Positions 29,323-36,862 of a stretch of DNA of 64,000 bases are shown piece by piece. The DNA comes from Candidatus Latescibacterota bacterium. Its GTDB lineage: Bacteria > Latescibacterota > UBA2968. The translations under genes were made by a program, and so were the position numbers. The notes below the pieces were generated by a model that saw nothing but the letters and a program-made list of their open reading frames with translations, was not told the DNA's origin and did no database searches. The stretch's first letter is position 1. Each line of letters begins with the position of its first letter. Location of the stretch: NCBI GenBank assembly GCA_965198115.1, contig OZ240241.1, positions 3,106,935 through 3,170,934 on the forward strand, read 5' to 3'.

Positions 29323-31400
29323 TGGTTTCTGTTTTTGGGACCGTGCGTACAAACACCGGCAGACCGTGTAGAGGCATCCCGGTAACCAACGGTGAAGAGA
29401 TCGTCTCAACCGACTCGAACGGGAAGTTCAAGATCTCCGTAGATCCGTCTTCTCATTCGTTCATATTTGTCACCCGTGCAGGGGGATTCTCCAGAGATCG
29501 ATGGTTCCTTCCCATCGCTGATGCGGGCGAAACGGCAGAGTTGGAGATCTCTCCACCAGAACGGAAATCGTCGCCACATCGAACCGTTGCCATTGGGCAT
29601 ATAACCGACATTCATCTGGATGAGGGGTTATTCGGTATCGTCACGAAGCGGATGTTGCTCCGAGACCTGCGTGAACTCCACACACGGTGTCCCGAGTTGG
29701 ATCTCGTTGTGGCTTCCGGCGACATGACAGATTCGGGGGATATCAAGAGCCTGCGGGCGTTTCGCAGCGCGATCGCTACGAGTCGTATTCCAGTACTTCC
29801 GTTTTTCGGTGCCCATGACGGGAATGAAGAAGGATACATGAACGCGCCTTTCCCACATACCCGGAACTGGGAACGAGTGTTGGGACCACCGTACTATTCG
29901 GTGGAAATCGGTGGCTGGCATGTTGTCGCGTATCCTGACGAGGATTGGACCTTTGGGCAGAAGCACGCAGCGATGAAACGTCGCTGGCTCGAAGCCGATC
30001 TTGCCGGAGCCCGGGGAAGGCCCGTCTTACTGGCACAGCATTCCGCTCCCTCGGATACATGGCTCGAGTTTCTTGCCGAACACGGTGTGAAGGTTGTGCT
30101 GTTTGGGCATTTTCATGCCTCGAAGTGTTACCGTCAGAGAGGAGTGCTCGTGTATAGTACCGCACCCCTCGTGTACGGAGGGTATGACAGCACGCCGAGG
30201 GGGTTCCGCGTGATGATGCTGGGACGGAACGCGATACGCAGCCGTTATGTAGCCTTCAGCAAATCGCGCCCTCAGCAGCAGAATAAAGGAGCCCGTCTTA
30301 AGATCGCATGGCAGGCAAAAGCTCCGTCCTGTCTGTGCCGAAGCCAGCCGCTCGTCTCTGGTACGCATGTGTATGTTCCCGTATCGGATGAAGAATACCG
30401 CGGTTCGGCAGGCATTCTCTGCCTCGATGTGGATACCGGCCGGCGGAAGTGGTTCACAAAAACAGAGGATTCGGTGCGAGGGACGCTGGCAACGTCGGGT
30501 GATCTCCTCGCTGCGGTCACCCAACCAGGGGAGCTGTACGTCTGTGACTGCTCATCCGGTAGCATCCTGTGGTCTCGTAGACTCACTGGGTACCCAGAGC
30601 GTTGGATTCATACGGGTCCCGCCGTAGCCCATGGAACGGTCATAGCGGGAACCGGCTCCGGTGGTATTGAGGCATTTGCGTTGGAGACCGGCGAGGCGCT
30701 CTGGAGTTGGACCCATCCGAACGGAGCCCGAGACGGCTGGACCCACTACAGCAGTCCGGTAGCCGTGGGCGAGAGATTCCTGATCGTCGTTGCCCGTATA
30801 GGAGTATCCTGTCTCACGGCAAAAGACGGAACGCTCTGCTGGCACTATGATTCGCACTATGAGTATATGCTCGCTCCCGTAGAACTGGCTGCCGGGAGAG
30901 TCTTCGTTCCGGACAATGATAGGTTTTATGCGGTAGATCCGGGTACTGGCAAACACCTGTGGATGAGACCGACACTGGCAGGTGAGATTCTCTCCTGGGC
31001 AGCCGACGATGATCTTCTCGTCATAAACACGGCCGATGGACGGTTCTACGGCACCAGCGATTGTCGGTTGGAGCGCGTAAAGAGCGGGGTGGCTCAATTT
31101 CGCAATCCCACAACCGGCGCACCGTTGTTTGAGGTGAGTTACGGCGAGGAGCTTGCCAGCATGGTCTCATACCGCCGCGACAGTGCACATGCCCTTGCGG
31201 CACCGATTCTGTCGCAGTACGGTGTATACCTCGCCGGCTTAGATGGTCGAATCTCTGTGGTAGATCGGGGACGGGGTGACGTGGTCTCGACTATGAATGT
31301 AGACGAACCGATCGTATCGTGGACTCAGATCGATGAACATTCGCTTGTCGCATCTACGTATCCGGGCTCAGTCTTGCGTATCGATGACGCCGCGGTTTGA
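29322..31400 (+). CDS. Fusion protein: carboxypeptidase-regulatory-like domain, calcineurin-like metallophosphoesterase, PQQ-like beta-propeller
   Basis: The N-terminus GTVRTNTGRPCRGIPVTNGEEIVSTDSNGKFKI is CarboxypepD_reg-like. GHITDIHLD, SGDMTDSG, GAHDGNEE and GHFH are phosphoesterase motifs. The C-terminal half has repeated ...G..LW... propeller-like blades. Confidence 0.7.
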   Translation: MVSVFGTVRTNTGRPCRGIPVTNGEEIVSTDSNGKFKISVDPSSHSFIFVTRAGGFSRDRWFLPIADAGETAELEISPPERKSSPHRTVAIGHITDIHLDEGLFGIVTKRMLLRDLRELHTRCPELDLVVASGDMTDSGDIKSLRAFRSAIATSRIPVLPFFGAHDGNEEGYMNAPFPHTRNWERVLGPPYYSVEIGGWHVVAYPDEDWTFGQKHAAMKRRWLEADLAGARGRPVLLAQHSAPSDTWLEFLAEHGVKVVLFGHFHASKCYRQRGVLVYSTAPLVYGGYDSTPRGFRVMMLGRNAIRSRYVAFSKSRPQQQNKGARLKIAWQAKAPSCLCRSQPLVSGTHVYVPVSDEEYRGSAGILCLDVDTGRRKWFTKTEDSVRGTLATSGDLLAAVTQPGELYVCDCSSGSILWSRRLTGYPERWIHTGPAVAHGTVIAGTGSGGIEAFALETGEALWSWTHPNGARDGWTHYSSPVAVGERFLIVVARIGVSCLTAKDGTLCWHYDSHYEYMLAPVELAAGRVFVPDNDRFYAVDPGTGKHLWMRPTLAGEILSWAADDDLLVINTADGRFYGTSDCRLERVKSGVAQFRNPTTGAPLFEVSYGEELASMVSYRRDSAHALAAPILSQYGVYLAGLDGRISVVDRGRGDVVSTMNVDEPIVSWTQIDEHSLVASTYPGSVLRIDDAAV

Positions 31401-31624
31401 GGAGGACCTATGATTCGAGTATCCGTAGGAGTGGGCGACCTCTCAGACAGGTACCTGAGGCGAGAAGCTCCAGCGCGTAGTTCTCATAACCGGCGAGTCT
31501 CCGCCGCTGTAGACCGGGACCGTCAGCAGCAGACAGAGGATGGTGGCATAGGTGCGCATCGCAACTCAAGATAGGGCGGGCAAGGAGCAGGTCGCAAGGA
31601 AGGCTGAAACGACCCCTATATTAA

Positions 31625-33042
31625 GGCTCTATCCGGGTTTCTCAACGGTGAAACTATAGAATGACAAGGTCATAGATCGTTCCCTACGCTTGGTTGTGTG
31701 TGTAGGACAATCAAAGCGAAGGGGGTGCGACCTATGACCGGGAGCAGATTACTATCGAAACTGCTGAGATTCAAGGGGTTCCGTGTTGTCAGCTGGTGGT
31801 TTGAGGGGAGAAGCTGTTTCGTCATCGCCGTAAAGCCACATAAGAATGGTTGTTGTTGTCCGGAGTGCGGCCGTCGAGGTAAAATCGTCCGCACAATGCC
31901 CCATCCGCGTCGGTGGTGTGACATTCCGGTGTGCGGGTGGAGGGTCTGGCTTCTCTACCATCCTCGGGAGATTCGGTGTCCTACCCACGGTCGTGTGGTC
32001 GAGGAGATTCCGTGGGCGGAGCGGTTCTCTCGGGTGACGTATCGCTTCGAGTATGCCATGCTGCGCTACTGCCAGACCATGACGCAGAAGGCGGCGTCCG
32101 AGTTACTGCGCATCTCTGCCTCGACGCTGTCGGATCTCCTTCACCGATCCATCACGCGGCTTCGTGAAGGTCATCGTATCCGAGGGCTCAAAACCATCGG
32201 GATCGACGAGATCTCCTACGCCAAGCGTCACAGGTACGCCACGCTCGTTTACGATCTGGACCGCTCCTGCGTGGTGTGGGTTGGCCGCGGCAGGGCGCGT
32301 AAAACGATCGATCGGTTCTTCACAGAGGCTCTCAGTCCCTACCGGAGATCCAAGATCGAGTGGGCCTGCTGCGACATGAGCGAAGCTTACATCGGAGCCA
32401 TCCAGGAACACTGTCCGAATGCCAAGCTGGTCCTCGATCGCTTTCACATCGTCAAGGCTCTCAATGCCGCCGTTGACGAGGTCCGTAAGGACCAGTGGCG
32501 TAAAGCTGCCCCGGATGAGCGCAAAGCCATGAAGGGCCTCCGATGGCTCCTCTACCGGCACTCAGCGACACGCTCCAGAGGGGATACTCGGACACTCAAA
32601 GCACTGGAGAAGGCGAACTACCGAATCTATAGAGCCTGGAGACTCAAGGACGAGTTCGAGCAGTTCTGGGAATACAAAGCGCCCTGGGCTGCCGAACGCT
32701 TCCTGAAATGCTGGACGACGTCCGCACTCAGAAGTCGACTTGAACCCCTGCGAAAGTTCGTCAGGACCCTGCGACAGCACTTCTTCGGCGTCCTCGCATT
32801 CGTGAACACGCGTCTTACCAACGCCATCGCCGAAGGCCTCAACCGAATCGTCCAAATCGTCAAGAACCGAGCCAGCGGATTCCGCACACTCGACGCATTA
32901 CGATATGATCTTCCTTACCGTCGGAGACATAAACATCCCTGAGCAGATTCCGAAGAGGTTCCGCACACTCTAACCGCGCCCCCATGCCAGGAACCACGGC
33001 ACCTTCACCCACTTCATCTCGTTGAGAGATCCGGATATAGCC
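31625..33042 (+). mobile_element. ISL3-family element, copy A (1418 bp)
   Basis: IRs GGCTCTATCCGGGTTTCTCAACGGTGAA / GGCTATATCCGGATCTCTCAACGAGATGAA. TSD TATATTAA at 31617-31624 and 33043-33050. Confidence 0.9.
31698..32942 (+). CDS. ISL3-family transposase (C-terminally altered allele, 414 aa)
   Basis: Zinc-finger-like CPECGRRG...CPTHG N-terminus and a DDE_Tnp_ISL3-like body. A 2-nt deletion relative to copy D near 32899 changes the last ~20 residues. Confidence 0.85.
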   Translation: MCRTIKAKGVRPMTGSRLLSKLLRFKGFRVVSWWFEGRSCFVIAVKPHKNGCCCPECGRRGKIVRTMPHPRRWCDIPVCGWRVWLLYHPREIRCPTHGRVVEEIPWAERFSRVTYRFEYAMLRYCQTMTQKAASELLRISASTLSDLLHRSITRLREGHRIRGLKTIGIDEISYAKRHRYATLVYDLDRSCVVWVGRGRARKTIDRFFTEALSPYRRSKIEWACCDMSEAYIGAIQEHCPNAKLVLDRFHIVKALNAAVDEVRKDQWRKAAPDERKAMKGLRWLLYRHSATRSRGDTRTLKALEKANYRIYRAWRLKDEFEQFWEYKAPWAAERFLKCWTTSALRSRLEPLRKFVRTLRQHFFGVLAFVNTRLTNAIAEGLNRIVQIVKNRASGFRTLDALRYDLPYRRRHKHP

Positions 33043-33051
33043 TATATTAAG

Positions 33052-34469
33052 GGCTCTATCCGGGTTTCTCAACGGTGAAACTATAGAATGACAAGGTCAT
33101 AGATCGTTCCCTACGCTTGGTTGTGTGTGTAGGACAATCAAAGCGAAGGGGGTGCGACCTATGACCGGGAGCAGATTACTATCGAAACTGCTGAGATTCA
33201 AGGGGTTCCGTGTTGTCAGCTGGTGGTTTGAGGGGAGAAGCTGTTTCGTCATCGCCGTAAAGCCACATAAGAATGGTTGTTGTTGTCCGGAGTGCGGCCG
33301 TCGAGGTAAAATCGTCCGCACAATGCCCCATCCGCGTCGGTGGCGTGACATTCCGGTGTGCGGGTGGAGGGTCTGGCTTCTCTACCATCCTCGGGAGATT
33401 CGGTGTCCTACCCACGGTCGTGTGGTCGAGGAGATTCCGTGGGCGGAGCGGTTCTCTCGGGTGACGTATCGCTTCGAGTATGCCATGCTGCGCTACTGCC
33501 AGACCATGACGCAGAAGGCGGCGTCCGAGTTGCTGCGCATCTCTGCCTCGACGCTGTCGGATCTCCTTCACCGATCCATCACGCGGCTTCGTGAAGGTCA
33601 TCGTATCCGAGGGCTCAAAACCATCGGGATCGACGAGATCTCCTACGCCAAGCGTCACAGGTACGCCACGCTCGTTTACGATCTGGACCGCTCCTGCGTG
33701 GTGTGGGTTGGCCGCGGCAGGGCGCGTAAAACGATCGATCGGTTCTTCACAGAGGCTCTCAGTCCCTACCGGAGATCCAAGATCGAGTGGGCCTGCTGCG
33801 ACATGAGCGAAGCTTACATCGGAGCCATCCAGGAACACTGTCCGAATGCCAAGCTGGTCCTCGATCGCTTTCACATCGTCAAGGCTCTCAATGCCGCCGT
33901 TGACGAGGTCCGTAAGGACCAGTGGCGTAAAGCTGCCCCGGATGAGCGCAAAGCCATGAAGGGCCTCCGATGGCTCCTCTACCGGCACTCAGCGACACGC
34001 TCCAGAGGGGATACTCGGACACTCAAAGCACTGGAGAAGGCGAACTACCGAATCTATAGAGCCTGGAGACTCAAGGACGAGTTCGAGCAGTTCTGGGAAT
34101 ACAAAGCGCCCTGGGCTGCCGAACGCTTCCTGAAATGCTGGACGACGTCCGCACTCAGAAGTCGACTTGAACCCCTGCGAAAGTTCGTCAGGACCCTGCG
34201 ACAGCACTTCTTCGGCGTCCTCGCATTCGTGAACACGCGTCTTACCAACGCCATCGCCGAAGGCCTCAACCGAATCGTCCAAATCGTCAAGAACCGAGCC
34301 AGCGGATTCCGCACACTCGACGCATTACGATATGATCTTCCTTACCGTCGGAGACATAAACATCCCTGAGCAGATTCCGAAGAGGTTCCGCACACTCTAA
34401 CCGCGCCCCCATGCCAGGAACCACGGCACCTTCACCCACTTCATCTCGTTGAGAGATCCGGATATAGCC
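33052..34469 (+). mobile_element. ISL3-family element, copy B (1418 bp), head-to-tail with copy A
   Basis: Same IRs as copy A. TSD ATATTAAG at 33044-33051 and 34470-34477. Confidence 0.9.
33125..34369 (+). CDS. ISL3-family transposase (same 2-nt-deletion allele, 414 aa)
   Basis: Differs from the copy A protein at one residue (RRWRD versus RRWCD). Confidence 0.85.
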   Translation: MCRTIKAKGVRPMTGSRLLSKLLRFKGFRVVSWWFEGRSCFVIAVKPHKNGCCCPECGRRGKIVRTMPHPRRWRDIPVCGWRVWLLYHPREIRCPTHGRVVEEIPWAERFSRVTYRFEYAMLRYCQTMTQKAASELLRISASTLSDLLHRSITRLREGHRIRGLKTIGIDEISYAKRHRYATLVYDLDRSCVVWVGRGRARKTIDRFFTEALSPYRRSKIEWACCDMSEAYIGAIQEHCPNAKLVLDRFHIVKALNAAVDEVRKDQWRKAAPDERKAMKGLRWLLYRHSATRSRGDTRTLKALEKANYRIYRAWRLKDEFEQFWEYKAPWAAERFLKCWTTSALRSRLEPLRKFVRTLRQHFFGVLAFVNTRLTNAIAEGLNRIVQIVKNRASGFRTLDALRYDLPYRRRHKHP

Positions 34470-34481
34470 ATATTAAGGACC

Positions 34482-34507
34482 GCCCCGCCGGCGTGTGCCA
34501 GCGGGGC
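34482..34507 (+). terminator. GC-rich hairpin next to the ISL3 insertion site
   Basis: GCCCCGC (34482-34488) pairs with GCGGGGC (34501-34507) and is followed by CCGTTTATTG. It may be the original terminator of 29322..31400, displaced by the IS pair. Confidence 0.4.
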
Positions 34508-34678
34508 CCGTTTATTGTCCATAATGGGGCTTTAAGACAACACAATCTGGCAGCCGTTGCGTCCCTAGGAGGTGTTGGGAGCCTGATTTTGCGACGCTTC
34601 GGTTAACGGACAGCCAGCTACGACGCCTGCCGTGCCGAAGGCCTGGGGCGCGGCTAGCGTCTTTTGCCGAGACCACTG

Positions 34679-35020
34679 CTACTTCCCTTGCTCTTCCTCA
34701 CGGAACTGGTCCATTTGGCTTTCGAGGCCGATGGCACGATCAACGGGAATCACGAAGGCGATGCCGGTGCCCGGTTTCTGGAACTCACCGGCGCGGTTTA
34801 TGGCCTTCAGAACGGGATCGACGAAAACTTCCGTCAGCAGGAACAAGAGCAAGTCCGATTGGGCTTCGAGCGCCAAGCCAAAGAACGTCTTCGCTTCGTG
34901 CACTCCGACACCGCGCGCGGGAATGATGGTCGCGCCGGTCGCGCCGGCGGCCTTGGCCGCATCGATGACGTTGTCGGTGTGGTCGGGTTTCACGATGGAG
35001 ACGATGAGGTAGAACTTCAT
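34679..35020 (-). CDS. Small PII-like signal-transduction protein
   Basis: ATG at 35020 with the strong RBS GGAAGGAGG. MKFYLIVSIVKPDHTDNVIDAAKAAGATGATIIPARGVG follows the beta-alpha-beta PII fold pattern, but lacks the canonical GlnB T-loop (no GRQKG..Y). Confidence 0.7.
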   Translation of the reverse strand: MKFYLIVSIVKPDHTDNVIDAAKAAGATGATIIPARGVGVHEAKTFFGLALEAQSDLLLFLLTEVFVDPVLKAINRAGEFQKPGTGIAFVIPVDRAIGLESQMDQFREEEQGK

Positions 35021-35052
35021 TGCGAATCTCCTCCTTCCTGATTCACATACGA

Positions 35053-35841
35053 CTATCCCGGCTTCGGGGACCGGGAACGTCGTCTCCGGGACATCAGCGT
35101 GGCCAGTTGCCCGTAGCCCAGGACCGCCATGATCGGAAACAGCGAGGCGAAAGCGATGAGGCCGAACCCGTCGAGTGCCGGGTTCCTGCCGGGAATCGTG
35201 GCCGCCAGCCCCAGGCCCAGGGCGGTTACCAGCGGCACGGTTACGGTCGAGGTGGTGACCCCTCCGCAATCGTAAGCCAGCGGGACCAGGTTTTTCGGTG
35301 CGAAGGTGGTCTGCACGATAATGATGAGGTAGCCGGCGGCCATGAACCCGTGCAGCGTCGTACCGGAAACGATGCGTAGGACGCCGAGCGCAACTCCGAC
35401 GCCTACGCCGATTCCAACGGCGACCCGCAGCCTCCGCTGCCGGACGGCGCCAGCAGACACTGTCTCGGCCTTCAGGGCTACGGCGATGAGCGCCGGTTCC
35501 GCGACCGTGGTGGCGAAGCCGAGGAGGGCGGCGAACACGTAGATCGCGAAATAGGCGCTCCACGGCGGATCCTGCGGAACCACCTCCGTGCCGAAAACGA
35601 ACGCCGGGTCGGACAGTTGCTGGGCCATCGCCCGGCCCAGGGGGAAGAGCGCACCCTCCAGTCCGATCAGGAAGAGGGCGAGGCCCGCCAAGACACAGAA
35701 CCCACCGGCGAACAGGCGTCGCAGGTGCGGAATCGGCCGCCGGAGCACGAAGAGCTGGAACACCACCAGGACGGCGACGATCGGCAGCAGGTCACGAGCC
35801 ATCGTGAGCAGTGTGTGTCCCATGTCCGCAAACAGCAGCAT
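35053..35841 (-). CDS. DUF1538-like polytopic membrane protein (paralog 2)
   Basis: 262 aa: LLPIVAVLVVFQLFVLRRP, GLALFLIGLEGALFPLG, GFATTVAEPALIAV, YDCGGVTTSTVTVPLVTALGLG. The ATG lies 3 nt after the upstream stop. The 465-aa ORF in the track is an unsupported extension. Confidence 0.7.
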   Translation of the reverse strand: MLLFADMGHTLLTMARDLLPIVAVLVVFQLFVLRRPIPHLRRLFAGGFCVLAGLALFLIGLEGALFPLGRAMAQQLSDPAFVFGTEVVPQDPPWSAYFAIYVFAALLGFATTVAEPALIAVALKAETVSAGAVRQRRLRVAVGIGVGVGVALGVLRIVSGTTLHGFMAAGYLIIIVQTTFAPKNLVPLAYDCGGVTTSTVTVPLVTALGLGLAATIPGRNPALDGFGLIAFASLFPIMAVLGYGQLATLMSRRRRSRSPKPG

Positions 35842-35843
35842 CG

Positions 35844-36647
35844 TCACCCTCCTGCTCCCAGTCCGAAAACAAGCATCCCGTAACCGAGTACGAAGAGAAT
35901 GGGCAAGAGCGAAGCGAAGGCGATGAGGCCGAAACCGTCGATCAACGGGGTGCGGTTGCGGATGGCCGAGGCTAGCCCGATGCCAAGCGCCGTCACCAAG
36001 GGAACGGTCACCGTCGACGTGGTCACACCGCCCGTGTCGTAAGCGATACCGACGATTTCCTGCGGTGCCACCAGGGTCAGCAAGACGACGAGGATGTAGC
36101 CGCTCATGATGATCAGGTGGATGGGCCAGCCGAGGAGGATGCGCACTACGCCCAGGGACACCGCGACGCCGACGGAGACGGCAACCGTGAACCGCATCCC
36201 GAGGGCGTAGCGACCCGTGGTGCCCGCCTCGATCAGACCGGCATCCGTGGCGACCTCGGCCGCCTCCTGTGTGACGGCGATCAGCGCCGGCTCTGCCGCC
36301 GTGGTGGCGAAGCCGAGCACGAATCCGAACGCCAGGAGCCAGAACGCGCTGCCTTTGCGAGCGAACTCGTTGGCCATTGATTCGCCGAGCGGAAACAGTG
36401 CCAGCTCGAGGCCTTCGACAAACAGGGCCAGGCCGGCGATCACGGCGCACATGCCGATCAGAACGTCGAGAAAATCAGGGAGCGGTTGGCGGAGCACGGC
36501 GAGTTGAAAGACGGCGATGAGGAGGAACACTGGCAGGAGATCCCGCCCCGCCTCCCTGACCCTGCGGGCGACAATCGCCCGCAGGGTCCGCCCGGGTCCA
36601 CCCCGAACCTCGCTACCGGCGTCGGAAGTGGCTGGCGGTTGCTTCAT
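35844..36647 (-). CDS. DUF1538-like polytopic membrane protein (paralog 1)
   Basis: 267 aa with the same motif series (LLPVFLLIAVFQLAVLRQP, GLALFVEGLELALFPLG, GFATTAAEPALIAV, YDTGGVTTSTVTVPLVTALGIG). Confidence 0.7.
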   Translation of the reverse strand: MKQPPATSDAGSEVRGGPGRTLRAIVARRVREAGRDLLPVFLLIAVFQLAVLRQPLPDFLDVLIGMCAVIAGLALFVEGLELALFPLGESMANEFARKGSAFWLLAFGFVLGFATTAAEPALIAVTQEAAEVATDAGLIEAGTTGRYALGMRFTVAVSVGVAVSLGVVRILLGWPIHLIIMSGYILVVLLTLVAPQEIVGIAYDTGGVTTSTVTVPLVTALGIGLASAIRNRTPLIDGFGLIAFASLLPILFVLGYGMLVFGLGAGG

Positions 36648-36862
36648 CGGCGGATGTATAGGGTGCTAGCGCAACCCTCCCATGAGTATGATGTCAGCCT
36701 CGTGCGGTATCTGCAAAGAGTCTGCCTGTCCAAATTTTCCGTCCACCTTCAAGGGGAAGCTGGTAGCTCTCACGCTGCCATACGTTACGCTGTTCCACGA
36801 TCAGAGGCGGGTATCGGCGAGCCATCGCTCAATCTCGGCGTCCAGGTGGACAGTGAGGGTCC

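Noticed and set aside
34679-36450. Long ORFs 34679..35563 (294 aa) and 35053..36450 (465 aa) as single large proteins
   Set aside because: Their upstream halves are Arg/Gly/Pro-rich out-of-frame read-through across neighbouring genes. Internal ATGs with good RBS or stop-start coupling give a 113-aa PII-like protein and a 262-aa DUF1538-like protein that parallels its 267-aa paralog.
36648-36862. Riboswitch or leader in the 215-nt gap upstream of the DUF1538/PII genes
   Set aside because: I looked for c-di-AMP, fluoride, guanidine and glnA-type motifs on the minus strand and found none. The only structure is a short AGGGT/ACCCT hairpin just before the start codon. Left unannotated pending an Rfam scan.
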